A stretch of 62,456 bases of DNA from Candidatus Aenigmatarchaeota archaeon (GTDB lineage: Archaea; Aenigmatarchaeota; Aenigmatarchaeia; QMZS01): contig JAUWTN010000001.1 of the NCBI GenBank assembly GCA_030614705.1, positions 1 to 62,456 on the forward strand, given 5' to 3'. The position numbers and the translations under genes were made by a program. This document shows, piece after piece, positions 10,293 to 19,022 of the stretch (its first letter is position 1; every line of letters starts with the position of its first letter). The notes under the pieces are model-generated. The model ran no database searches. It was not told the origin of the DNA and worked only from the letters and a program-made list of their open reading frames with translations.

Positions 10293-11297
10293 TCAAAAAG
10301 GTCGACTATCCCTCCTCAAAAAGAAAATGTTTTGTAATCCTAATTTTGAAGCGATTATATTCACATAATTATCAGAATCATTCTCTGACAACTTAGCTCT
10401 CTGGTCTGCTTCAATCAAAACTGTTGGGAGTCCGTAAGTTTTGCTCTGCGATGAAATGGTATAAACAAGTTCCGCAATTCTTTTTCCCTGAACTTCATCA
10501 CCTATAAATTCAACTCTTATTGGTCTGTCAAATTCCACGGTTTTTAAGTAAAGACAATTTATCTCTCCTTCCAGATTAATTATTTTTGTGACCTCTCCTT
10601 TTTCAAGCATGTAATGAAGCAGGTTTGTATCTTTTGTTCGATTCAAAATAGTTACAAGTTCCTGTTGGTTTTTAATGTCTGCTTTCTTAATAATATTCTC
10701 CGCAATATATTTGCAGAATGCTGAACTTCTTGAATCTTCAACAACTCCGGCAAGAAGACAATTTTCCTGTTTTGCAGTGTCGCATAATTTTTCAAATAAT
10801 TTATTGACTTCAAGATAATCAGAATAAACTGTGCTTTCAGTGCTCGGGGCATCTGCGGGATTTACCAATAAACTTCCGTCTATCAAAAATAAATTCGGGG
10901 AATATTTTGAAATTGTTTCAATGCTCACAGTAAGTTCTTTTTTTATTCTTTGGAGACTCCAAAAAATCCTGAATTCAATATCTGAAAAAGATTCTTTTGA
11001 GTAGGTGATTTCAGGGGTTGGATTCATAGTCGGGTAATATGCAACATCCGCAAGCTTGCTTTTTTCATAACTGAAAATAACTCCTATTGCCCTTAAAAAA
11101 ACAAAGTCCATCAGATGACCTGACTTCTTTGTCAATCCACCATCTTCGCCCCCAATTTTAATATTGCCCAGCTCAACTTTTGAAACATTCCAATATAATT
11201 CTGGTATGTCTCTTAAAAACCCTGCGAGTTTTTTCTTCTCAATTTCAAGAGTTTTTATTTTATCAACTATTTTATCAAGTTCGTGTATTGAAACCAT
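10293..11297 (-). CDS. nurA: NurA family 5'-3' nuclease
   Basis: GEDGG, LIDGSL, GVVEDS, PIRVEF, YGLPTVLIEADQRAK motifs. Confidence 0.85.
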   Translation of the reverse strand: MVSIHELDKIVDKIKTLEIEKKKLAGFLRDIPELYWNVSKVELGNIKIGGEDGGLTKKSGHLMDFVFLRAIGVIFSYEKSKLADVAYYPTMNPTPEITYSKESFSDIEFRIFWSLQRIKKELTVSIETISKYSPNLFLIDGSLLVNPADAPSTESTVYSDYLEVNKLFEKLCDTAKQENCLLAGVVEDSRSSAFCKYIAENIIKKADIKNQQELVTILNRTKDTNLLHYMLEKGEVTKIINLEGEINCLYLKTVEFDRPIRVEFIGDEVQGKRIAELVYTISSQSKTYGLPTVLIEADQRAKLSENDSDNYVNIIASKLGLQNIFFLRRDSRPF

Positions 11298-11366
11298 AAT
11301 AGTCTAATTTGTTAAAATTTACTCTTTAGTATTTTGATTTTATAATCACTTTAAAAATCCATCAAC

Positions 11367-11816
11367 CTAAATCTTCTTACCTAAAATATATCTGTGCCCT
11401 TCAATGTCAAGATAAGACATTGGGGAAATATTGAACTGCGGAAGCAAGTCATGAACCATAACTTCAGTGTATTGGGCTTGTTTTTTTGGGACCTGCATTT
11501 TAATCAAAACTTTTTTATCTGGATTTAACAAATCAAGAAATTTACCCATGACTTTGAAACTAGTGACAATATTTAACGGAAGATAATTCACAATGCAATC
11601 AACTTTTTTTGGGAGTCTGGAAAGATCTAAATCATCAGGGGTCTCTTCAAACTTTTTTAATTTTGGACTCTTTAAATCCAATTTTTCTGGAGAAACATAG
11701 TAAGTCTCTTTTGAGTTCATAAGAGTAAATTTTAATATATCCGGGGTTCCTAAATAAATCACCTTATTGCTGTCTTTAAAAAACCAATAGAGCAACTGAA
11801 AATCAGTCCAATCCAT
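11367..11816 (-). CDS. Hypothetical protein, possibly a degenerate Rossmann methyltransferase fold
   Basis: KVIYLG, VDCIV and LLNPDKKVLI recall class I methyltransferase strands, but the Gly-rich loop is absent. Confidence 0.6.
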   Translation of the reverse strand: MDWTDFQLLYWFFKDSNKVIYLGTPDILKFTLMNSKETYYVSPEKLDLKSPKLKKFEETPDDLDLSRLPKKVDCIVNYLPLNIVTSFKVMGKFLDLLNPDKKVLIKMQVPKKQAQYTEVMVHDLLPQFNISPMSYLDIEGHRYILGKKI

Positions 11817-11842
11817 ATTTAAATATCCTACATAGTTTTATA

Positions 11843-12016
11843 ATGAATAAAAAACTGAAAACATTCCTGAAACAATGCAAAAGAATATTGACTATTGCAA
11901 CAAAACCCGGTAAAGATGAATATTTTAGTTATTCGAAGATTATTGCAATTGGGGTTCTTGCATTAGGTCTTTTTGGATTCATATTTTACCTCATATTCTC
12001 TTATCTGGGTGTATAA
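11843..12016 (+). CDS. secE: Protein translocase SecE / Sec61-gamma (not in the ORF track)
   Basis: Manual translation, 57 aa: MNKKLKTFLKQCKRILTIATKPGKDEYFSYSKIIAIGVLALGLFGFIFYLIFSYLGV; R-I-L-x-x-A-x-K-P-x-x-x-E pattern plus C-terminal TM helix. Confidence 0.92.
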   Translation: MNKKLKTFLKQCKRILTIATKPGKDEYFSYSKIIAIGVLALGLFGFIFYLIFSYLGV

Positions 12017-12111
12017 CTAAGAAATACGGCAATAATTCTTATTTTCCTTTATTTGTGAATCGAATTATTTTAGTCCAGAAATAATTTTTGCTAAAAATTT
12101 ATTAATTAAGC

Positions 12112-12678
12112 CTAAGAAACAACAATCAAAAGCAGTTTTCCCAAAACCTGACTTAACCCTTCAGCATCTTTCCCCTTAACAATTACATTTTCACCGTCAA
12201 ATTCAAGTGAACTGCCTTCTAAAGTCTCATCTGGTCCCAAAATGATTATTGCTGGCTCTTCAGAGAGATATTCTGATAAAACTGTAGAATTTATATCTTT
12301 TGGGTCTTTAAGGAAAGTATTGTAATAATAACTCAGATAATACGCAAATGACATTGTCCTGACAACGCCTTCTGTGGTCTCCACAACAAGATTTATTTTT
12401 TTTGACTCAAAAAGTTCCTTTATTTGCTCAGTATCCTCGATTTCATATTCTTTTGCCAAAATTAGGTTAGTTCCAGCATTATAAGCGGGTTTATGCCATT
12501 CATGGTCAATTAAAAAACAAATGGAATAATAATCGCAAATCATGGTCTTATTGTTCAATTGAAAATTGCCAGTTCCTTCAGGTGCCGGGGGTTCTGAGGT
12601 TTCCGGGATTAACAGTAATATCGCAAATAATAGTATTATTGTGCCCATTATACCTAAAACAGCTTTCCCGTCTCCCAT
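12112..12678 (-). CDS. Membrane-anchored hypothetical protein
   Basis: N-terminal hydrophobic helix, Pro-rich linker, acidic globular domain. Confidence 0.7.
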   Translation of the reverse strand: MGDGKAVLGIMGTIILLFAILLLIPETSEPPAPEGTGNFQLNNKTMICDYYSICFLIDHEWHKPAYNAGTNLILAKEYEIEDTEQIKELFESKKINLVVETTEGVVRTMSFAYYLSYYYNTFLKDPKDINSTVLSEYLSEEPAIIILGPDETLEGSSLEFDGENVIVKGKDAEGLSQVLGKLLLIVVS

Positions 12679-12769
12679 AAATAATCATTTCAATTTAAAC
12701 CTAAAAACCCTGGATTGAGCCAATATCTTTGATAATGAGGTAAACTTAAAATTTAACTTAATTACATTA

Positions 12770-13387
12770 ATGGTAGAACTAAAAGTTGAAGACCTCAAAA
12801 AATTAAGAGAAAACAAGAGAAATTTCAATCAGATGTTCGACTTAGTGATTAATATCTCTGGTTTGGACTTAAAAAAACCGGAAAACAGGATTAGGGACAA
12901 AGTAAAGCTAAATCATAAAGTCAGAGACCGTAAAATATGCTTTATTGTTGAATCTCTCATAACAAAAGCGAATGAGACCAAACAAAAAGTATTAAAAATT
13001 TCAGAATTAGATCTTAAGAAAACCGAAGGCAAGAAACTTGCCGGAGAATATGATTTTTTTGTTATAGAAGCTCCTTTAATGTCTAAAGCAGCAAAAATTC
13101 TTGGAAAATATATTGGACCGAGGAATAAATCAATGATTCCAATTCCTCCAACCGCAAAAAATCTTCCTCTTATAATTCAGGATCTTGAAAGAACAATTTC
13201 AGTAAACCTGATAAAACAACCTATGATACAAATCCCCATAGGAACTGAAAAACTAAAGGATGAAGAATTAATTGAAAATTTCAACACAGCATACAACCAC
13301 ATAAGTGAAAATATTGAAAATAAAGGCGGAATTATAAAAGGAGCTGATATTAAATTAACTATGTGCAAACCAATAAAATTATTATAA
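12770..13387 (+). CDS. rpl1: Ribosomal protein uL1
   Basis: KRNFNQMFDL, DLKKPENRI, LGKYIGPRNK, KLTMCKP; directly upstream of uL10. Confidence 0.92.
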   Translation: MVELKVEDLKKLRENKRNFNQMFDLVINISGLDLKKPENRIRDKVKLNHKVRDRKICFIVESLITKANETKQKVLKISELDLKKTEGKKLAGEYDFFVIEAPLMSKAAKILGKYIGPRNKSMIPIPPTAKNLPLIIQDLERTISVNLIKQPMIQIPIGTEKLKDEELIENFNTAYNHISENIENKGGIIKGADIKLTMCKPIKLL

Positions 13388-13388
13388 A

Positions 13389-14213
13389 ATGGTATCTGAA
13401 AAGAAAGTTGGGTTACTCAAAAAAATCAATAAGTTGTTAAAAGAACATGACAGTATTTTGATTTTTGATTTAGACCAGATACCTTCAAGACAATTGCACC
13501 AGATTAGAAACCAATTAAAAAAAGAGGAAATATTCGCAGTAGTTCCTAAAAAAAGCGTTCTTGAATTGAGCCTTAAAGAAAACAAAAAAGATTTGAGTCT
13601 TGATGAATTCAAACAACCAGCGCTTATTTATTCAAACAAAAATATATTTGATATTCTTAAAAATCTTAAAAAATTAACCGTAAAAAGAAAAATAAAAGTT
13701 AATGAAATTGTATCTGGAGAAATAGAAATTCCTGCAATGGACACTGAAATTCAGGCGGGTCCTGCAATCAGCATTTTCAAACAGTTCCAGATTCAGACAA
13801 TAATGAAAGCCGGTAAAATCGCTGTAAGAGAAGCAAAAGTTGTGTGCAAAGAAGGAGACAAAGCAGACAGTGGTCTTGTTTCACTTCTTAACATGTTAAA
13901 CATTGAACCAGCTGAATTAACAATCCAGCCTGCGCTTGGTCACAGCCAGAATATGGTATACAACAAAACAATTCTTGAACTGGATGAAACTTATTTCAAA
14001 GACCAGATTAATGTGTGCGCAAACAACTTATTTAAATTAACAACTCATGTGAACTATCCAACAAAAGACAATATAAATATATTGTTACAGAAAAGCGGAC
14101 AACACGCAAGAAGCCTTGGTTTAAAATTAGGAGTTCCAACAAAAGAATTGCTTCCTGATTTATTGAGAATTGCTCAGGGCAATGCAAGTAATTTGGACGC
14201 GAGTTCTAAATAG
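13389..14213 (+). CDS. rpl10: Ribosomal protein uL10 (P0), short form
   Basis: IPSRQLHQIRNQL, IPAMDT..AGP, LLNMLNIEP, YPTKDNI; 274 aa with no acidic tail. Confidence 0.92.
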   Translation: MVSEKKVGLLKKINKLLKEHDSILIFDLDQIPSRQLHQIRNQLKKEEIFAVVPKKSVLELSLKENKKDLSLDEFKQPALIYSNKNIFDILKNLKKLTVKRKIKVNEIVSGEIEIPAMDTEIQAGPAISIFKQFQIQTIMKAGKIAVREAKVVCKEGDKADSGLVSLLNMLNIEPAELTIQPALGHSQNMVYNKTILELDETYFKDQINVCANNLFKLTTHVNYPTKDNINILLQKSGQHARSLGLKLGVPTKELLPDLLRIAQGNASNLDASSK

Positions 14214-14255
14214 AAATAATTGCCTAAAATTTTCATTCCTGATTATTAAAAAAGA

Positions 14256-14396
14256 CTATTTGAATTTTGTTGCGCATATCTTGCACAAACCTTTTTCAGC
14301 ATTGTAGCATTCTGAACAAACCAATCTTCCGCAAAGATTGCAGGAGTTCATTATCCCGGGTTTTCCGCAAATTTGGCAGAGACCTTCTTTTATCAT
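14256..14396 (-). CDS. Small protein with four CxxC motifs (not in the ORF track)
   Basis: Manual translation, 46 aa: MIKEGLCQICGKPGIMNSCNLCGRLVCSECYNAEKGLCKICATKFK. Confidence 0.8.
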   Translation of the reverse strand: MIKEGLCQICGKPGIMNSCNLCGRLVCSECYNAEKGLCKICATKFK

Positions 14397-14435
14397 ATAT
14401 ACAATCATAGGTAAAATCAAAATAAACAGATTATT

Positions 14436-14810
14436 ATGGAAGTTCTGTATATTATAATCCTCATTCTTTTTCTGATAATTATTCTCTTATCATATCTCTT
14501 AATTTCAAGAAGAAAAGATATAAAAGCCATCAGGAAAGATGCAATTGAAAAAAGTAGACTTGTTCTGGAAGGTAAATTCAAGGAACAACTTGCGCCTTTC
14601 CTCCCTGATTTTAATTTTAATCCCACAGATGCGAGGTTTCTTGGTTCCCCGATTGATTTTGTTATCTTTGACGGAGCCGCAGACAGCAATGTGAAAAAAA
14701 TTGTATTTGTTGAAGTAAAATCAGGAAAAAGCAAACTTACAAAAAAAGAAGAACAAATAAGAGATGTTATATACGATGGAAATGTTGAATTTAAAATATG
14801 CAGGATTTAA
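14436..14810 (+). CDS. Holliday-junction-resolvase-like endonuclease (Endonuc_Holl type) with N-terminal TM helix
   Basis: EQLAPFLP, ARFLGSPIDFVIFDG, FVEVKSGKSKL (PD-D/ExK). Confidence 0.85.
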   Translation: MEVLYIIILILFLIIILLSYLLISRRKDIKAIRKDAIEKSRLVLEGKFKEQLAPFLPDFNFNPTDARFLGSPIDFVIFDGAADSNVKKIVFVEVKSGKSKLTKKEEQIRDVIYDGNVEFKICRI

Positions 14811-14914
14811 ATAAAAAATATGTTATGATTAACTCTAAAACCCTCGCTAAATCTCTGCTTCAGGATTAGAATTATTTAGAATGAAAATTTTGCCATCAAT
14901 TTTAAAGTTCATAA

Positions 14915-15325
14915 TCAAACAGGATTCAATTCAAATAAGTTATCTTGTTCTACAAATTCATCAAAAGATACTTCTTTATAATCTCTATTAATCAGAAGTT
15001 CCTTTAATTCAGAAGGATTTCCTTTTAAATCAAAATGTTCTGAAATTTTATCAGCATCTCTATATAAGACCTTAATATAACTATCAGCTTCATATTGCGC
15101 AAGTATTTTATCAAAATGATTTACATACCAGACCCTTGATTCCTCCGGCTCATAAATCTTCGCCCTGTTTGAATTATCTTCATAGGTTAGATTTCCTATA
15201 TTTACAAAAACAGGTATTTTATCATCTTGAAATTCTATATAAAATTTACAGGGTTTTTCTAAATTAGTCATTAATCTGAATGTATCTTCCTCAACGAGTT
15301 TTCCTATATAATATAATTCCACCAT
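14915..15325 (-). CDS. Hypothetical protein
   Basis: 136-aa ORF filling the gap; no motif recognised. Confidence 0.65.
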   Translation of the reverse strand: MVELYYIGKLVEEDTFRLMTNLEKPCKFYIEFQDDKIPVFVNIGNLTYEDNSNRAKIYEPEESRVWYVNHFDKILAQYEADSYIKVLYRDADKISEHFDLKGNPSELKELLINRDYKEVSFDEFVEQDNLFELNPV

Positions 15326-15395
15326 ACTTTATTATCAAAAAATAATTTAAATGTTTATATAAACTAACAATATCCAATTCTCCTAATCAATCAAA

Positions 15396-16037
15396 TTATC
15401 CCAAATTAAAAGAATCCATTTGAACATTTGAACATTTCCCATTAAAAGTCATCAGATTGCTGCCATATACCATATCTCCCTGAAAACCATAAATCTTACT
15501 GCCTAAATCAAGTTTAACCTCAAGATTCTGCGGATAAGTTACAGTCATGTCCCCTTCATTGATTGTTAACTCACCTATTTTCAAATGAGAAACTCTTAAT
15601 TCCTCAATATTCATATCATATAACTGCACTCTTGAATTTCCATCAAGTTTAAAAGTTCCAGAAGATAAACCGGTTACTGAACCTGAAATTAATGAATCAG
15701 TAAATGAGATTGAACCTGTGAAATTCTTCAATAATAATTCACCATCAACAGTCAAATCCTTATCATCTACTTTTAACTTATAAGCTCCGTAAAAGTTCAT
15801 ATTTATATCAGATGGAACGCCTACATGCAAATCATTCAGCTCCCTTGTTGAAAAAGACAATAAGATATTTTCCTGAAATTCCTGATTCCTATTAAATAAA
15901 TTATTAAAAAGCTCATTAACCGGAGAAAGCACGTCTGTTAAAGAACTAGCAAAATCCGAGGAAAAAAAAGGGAATATCCCTAAAGAAACAATCAACACCA
16001 AAATTAATATTGTAATAGGAACCTTCCAATCCACCAT
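15396..16037 (-). CDS. Membrane-anchored beta-rich hypothetical protein
   Basis: N-terminal TM helix; Gly/Ser/Thr-rich beta-strand-like body. Confidence 0.7.
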   Translation of the reverse strand: MVDWKVPITILILVLIVSLGIFPFFSSDFASSLTDVLSPVNELFNNLFNRNQEFQENILLSFSTRELNDLHVGVPSDINMNFYGAYKLKVDDKDLTVDGELLLKNFTGSISFTDSLISGSVTGLSSGTFKLDGNSRVQLYDMNIEELRVSHLKIGELTINEGDMTVTYPQNLEVKLDLGSKIYGFQGDMVYGSNLMTFNGKCSNVQMDSFNLG

Positions 16038-16068
16038 ACCTTATCTTGTTTTTATGTTTAATATCCTG

Positions 16069-16641
16069 TTAGCTCAATTTTAACGCCTGTTTAACCTCTT
16101 CTAAATTAACGCCTTCCCTTAAAATTCTCCTGTTAATCAAATCAACGATTGTAGAGGGTCGCTTGTATTTGCACTCTCCATTAACAACAAAATCAACATG
16201 CGGTTTCACATTTTTGGCTTCAGTAACATCTTCCTCTCCTGAAAAGTTTGCTGAGGTTGCTGTAATTGGAAATCCTGCTTTTTCAATTATTTCTCTTGTA
16301 ATTTCATTTTCTGGAAATCTTATTCCTATTAAATCCTTCCCTGCTGCAATCAAATCAGAAACAACTTCTTTTCTGGGAAGAAGTATTGTCACAGGTCCGG
16401 GCAATAATTTTTCTAAAATCTCCTTGTCCTTCTCAAAAACGCATGCAATATTTTCCAGCATTTTAAAATTTGACACAGCAACAGAAATGGGTTTTCTTAA
16501 AGACCTCCTTTTTATCTCGAACAATCGACTTATTGAGGTTTCATTAAAAATATTTGCTCCAAGTCCATAAACAGTTTCAGTCGGGTAAGCGATTATCCCT
16601 CCTAATTTTAAGACTTCTGCGGCTTTTTCTATTTGATCCAT
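16069..16641 (-). CDS. tsaC: Threonylcarbamoyl-AMP synthase (TsaC/Sua5, single domain)
   Basis: YPTETVYGLGA, KRR..KP, LPGPVT, ITATSANFSG, PSTIVD. Confidence 0.93.
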   Translation of the reverse strand: MDQIEKAAEVLKLGGIIAYPTETVYGLGANIFNETSISRLFEIKRRSLRKPISVAVSNFKMLENIACVFEKDKEILEKLLPGPVTILLPRKEVVSDLIAAGKDLIGIRFPENEITREIIEKAGFPITATSANFSGEEDVTEAKNVKPHVDFVVNGECKYKRPSTIVDLINRRILREGVNLEEVKQALKLS

Positions 16642-16692
16642 AAATTTAAGGAATTTTAGTAAACTTAAACTCTTTGAGAATGTATTTAATCA

Positions 16693-16783
16693 TAGCCCCG
16701 CGCGGATGCTCGTTCCACCCTAATTTGTGTTTTGGGGTGCAGACTTTTTCAACAGTTTTGAAAAGTTCATTCGAACCGCGGTC
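16693..16783 (-). repeat. 91-bp inverted repeat, copy 1 (tRNA-Gln 3' part plus 59/60 intron)
   Basis: Reverse complement matches 25851-25941 with one mismatch (GAAAAAGTC vs GAAAAGGTC). Confidence 0.95.
16707..16769 (-). other. 63-nt tRNA intron at 59/60 (copy 1)
   Basis: Helix TTCG/CGAG, cuts AA^T and CA^T; removal restores TTCGAAT. Confidence 0.85.
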
Positions 16784-16790
16784 GCTGGCT

Positions 16791-16835
16791 AACTTCAATC
16801 ATCGCAAATTTAACATTTGCTCTTTCCTTTGAATT
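16791..16835 (-). other. 45-nt tRNA intron at canonical 37/38
   Basis: Helix CTTT/GAAG, bulges GG^A and TT^A; removal restores the 7-nt anticodon loop CTTTGGA. Confidence 0.85.
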
Positions 16836-16851
16836 CCAAAGGCCAGAATCC

Positions 16852-16894
16852 TTGACCCTTTCCTCGCCTTATTTGACAATCTATCGAAGAAAGA
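16852..16894 (-). other. 43-nt tRNA intron at 21/22
   Basis: Central helix GGCC/GGTC, bulges CA^T and AA^G, inner 9-bp stem CTTTCTTCG/CGAGGAAAG. Confidence 0.85.
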
Positions 16895-16984
16895 TGGGCC
16901 GCTAGACTACGGGGCTATAATTAAGCTTCCTAAAAAAATAAACAAAGCAATTATTACTTTTTTATGTATAATTTATAATTAATT

Positions 16985-18022
16985 ATGTTCGAAAATATAA
17001 TTCCGCATGATTACTTATATGCTATTTTAATTATAATTGGTTCTGTTATTTGCGCAAAAATATTCTATTTTACGCTTAAACAATATGTGGCAAAAATAAC
17101 CGCAAAAACAAAAACCACTATGGATGATGAATTACTGGAAACCTGCCACAAACCAATTTACTTTGGTATTATGTTAATTGGGGGTTATTACGCATTAAAT
17201 TACCTTAGAATACTTGCCCCCTACAAAGCCTCAATAGAAACCTTATTTGTTGTTGCGGGTGTTGGTCTTAGCGCCTGGACTTTAATAAAAATCATAGATA
17301 CTTTCGTGATGCATCACACAACCAAAGACAAGACTTCAAGAGCGCAAAAAACAGTTTTCCTTAGTTTGAAAGGATTAATTAATATTTTCATTTACGTAAT
17401 AGCCATTTTTATCATCTTAAGCTATTTCAAAGTTGAAATAACACCTCTACTTGCAAGTTTGGGTGTTGCTGGTTTGGCTGTTGCTCTTGCTCTTCAAAGC
17501 ACACTGGCCAATTATTTTGCGGGATTGTATATATCCTCAGACAGATCAATTAAAATCGGCGATTATATTGAACTTGAAAATGGTTTGAAAGGGCATGTGG
17601 AAAAAATCGGGTGGAGATCAACACAAGTAAGAACCCTTCCAAACAATCTTGTTATTATCCCAAACGCCAAATTGTCCGAAATGATTGTTACCAATTATTC
17701 TGACCCAACCGAAGAATTATCGTTTTCAGTTAACTGCGGTGTGGGTTATGATTCTGACCTTGAAAAAGTTGAGAAAATAACAATTTCAGTTGCCAAAAAA
17801 ATGTTAAAATCCATAGACGGTGGTGTGGAAACTTATGAGCCTCTTATGAGATTCAAGAATTTTGGAGATTCAAATATAGAATTTTCAATAATCCTGAGAG
17901 TGAAAGAATTTGTCAAACAATATAAAATGAAACATGAATTCATAAAAGCATTAACAAAAGAATTCAGGAAAAATAAGATAGAAATAGCTTTCCCTTGCTT
18001 GAATATTTATAATAGGAAATAA
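16985..18022 (+). CDS. mscS: Small-conductance mechanosensitive channel (MscS family)
   Basis: LASLGVAGLAVALALQSTLANYFAG, IKIGDYI, IGWRST, IIPNAKL, IEIAFP. Confidence 0.93.
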   Translation: MFENIIPHDYLYAILIIIGSVICAKIFYFTLKQYVAKITAKTKTTMDDELLETCHKPIYFGIMLIGGYYALNYLRILAPYKASIETLFVVAGVGLSAWTLIKIIDTFVMHHTTKDKTSRAQKTVFLSLKGLINIFIYVIAIFIILSYFKVEITPLLASLGVAGLAVALALQSTLANYFAGLYISSDRSIKIGDYIELENGLKGHVEKIGWRSTQVRTLPNNLVIIPNAKLSEMIVTNYSDPTEELSFSVNCGVGYDSDLEKVEKITISVAKKMLKSIDGGVETYEPLMRFKNFGDSNIEFSIILRVKEFVKQYKMKHEFIKALTKEFRKNKIEIAFPCLNIYNRK

Positions 18023-18129
18023 ATAAAAATTTATTAATCAACATCTTATAACTGAAATATCCAATTATCTAAAATTCAGGTTAATTAAATTAGTGGATTT
18101 ACTCCAAAGAAAATTAAAATAAATTCTTA

Positions 18130-18777
18130 TTACAAAACCAAATTCATCAAAGCTTCTCTCTGATCCTCGGCCTTAACAATCGCGGAAGCGACCAGCACAC
18201 CTTTTGCGCCCAACTCCTGAGCAATCTGCACATCCTGCTTGGTTGCAATTCCCGCACCGCATAGAGAGACAATCTTGGGATTTATATCTTTTAGAACTTC
18301 TACAAAATTAGAAATTGCGTCGGGTTTTTCCTGAGCTATTGACCTGCCGGAACCAATTAACTCCGGGTCTTCATAAGCAATATAATCAGGGGAAAATTTT
18401 GCAATTTCCATTACCTCTTTTATATCTGCAGCGCAACAAACAGTCTTTATACCGGACAACTTTGAAGCATTTATAATTCCTTCTATTTTATCCAGGGGCA
18501 ATCTCCTTTCTGAATGATTAATCAAGGTTCCCATTACACCCGCATCCTTGACTGAAGCCGGTAAAACAGAACCTGTATGAGAACCAAATGAAACCGGGTC
18601 AATGTGCTGCGATAAAGTTGGGGCTATTTTTGAAATTTCCTTTAAATCAGTAAATTGTGGTGCTGCCCAAATATCAGCACTTAATTTTTCTCTTACATCC
18701 GCAATATAATTTGCCAGTTTTATGCCTTTATCTCCCAAACCTTCTTCATAAGTCTTGAAATTTATCAGATACAACAT
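18130..18777 (-). CDS. tpiA: Triosephosphate isomerase (archaeal type)
   Basis: INFKTY, QHIDP, GSHTG, INHSERR, YEDPELIG, LCGAGI, GVLVASAIVKA. Confidence 0.95.
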   Translation of the reverse strand: MLYLINFKTYEEGLGDKGIKLANYIADVREKLSADIWAAPQFTDLKEISKIAPTLSQHIDPVSFGSHTGSVLPASVKDAGVMGTLINHSERRLPLDKIEGIINASKLSGIKTVCCAADIKEVMEIAKFSPDYIAYEDPELIGSGRSIAQEKPDAISNFVEVLKDINPKIVSLCGAGIATKQDVQIAQELGAKGVLVASAIVKAEDQREALMNLVL

Positions 18778-18803
18778 AATAGATACAATAAGTATAATAT
18801 AAA

Positions 18804-18924
18804 CGCTGGGGCTGGGATTCGATTATGGCACTGTTCGAGAAAATCAACGAACAAGTGTACCCAGGGATCCATTACAGAAACTAGCTTAGCAGGCTAGCGC
18901 CTTAAGCCACTCGGCCACCCCAGC
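18804..18924 (-). tRNA. tRNA-Ser(GCT) with one T-loop intron (54/55)
   Basis: GCTGGGG/CCCCAGC acceptor stem, G73, CTAGC CTGCTAA GCTAG anticodon arm, long variable arm; CTGGG TTCGAAT CCCAG after intron removal. Confidence 0.93.
18823..18858 (-). other. 36-nt tRNA intron at 54/55
   Basis: Cuts GT^A and AA^T around imperfect helix CTGG/CCAT; inner stem CACTTGTTCG/CGAACAGTG. Confidence 0.8.
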
Positions 18925-19022
18925 ATAATTAATTTATAAATTTTAGTTTAGGGTAAATTTTGACTCAAAATAATTAATTAAATTAAACTTGCCAATATAT
19001 ATAAAATAATACAAACTAAAAT

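Larger units (their letters stand above)
16693..16916 (-). tRNA. tRNA-Gln(TTG) with three introns (21/22, 37/38, 59/60)
   Basis: Spliced: AGCCCCG TA GTCT AGCGGCCCA GGAT T CTGGC CTTTGGA GCCAG CGAC CGCGG TTCGAAT CCGCG CGGGGCT A. Complete cloverleaf, A1-U72, CCA not encoded. Confidence 0.93.
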
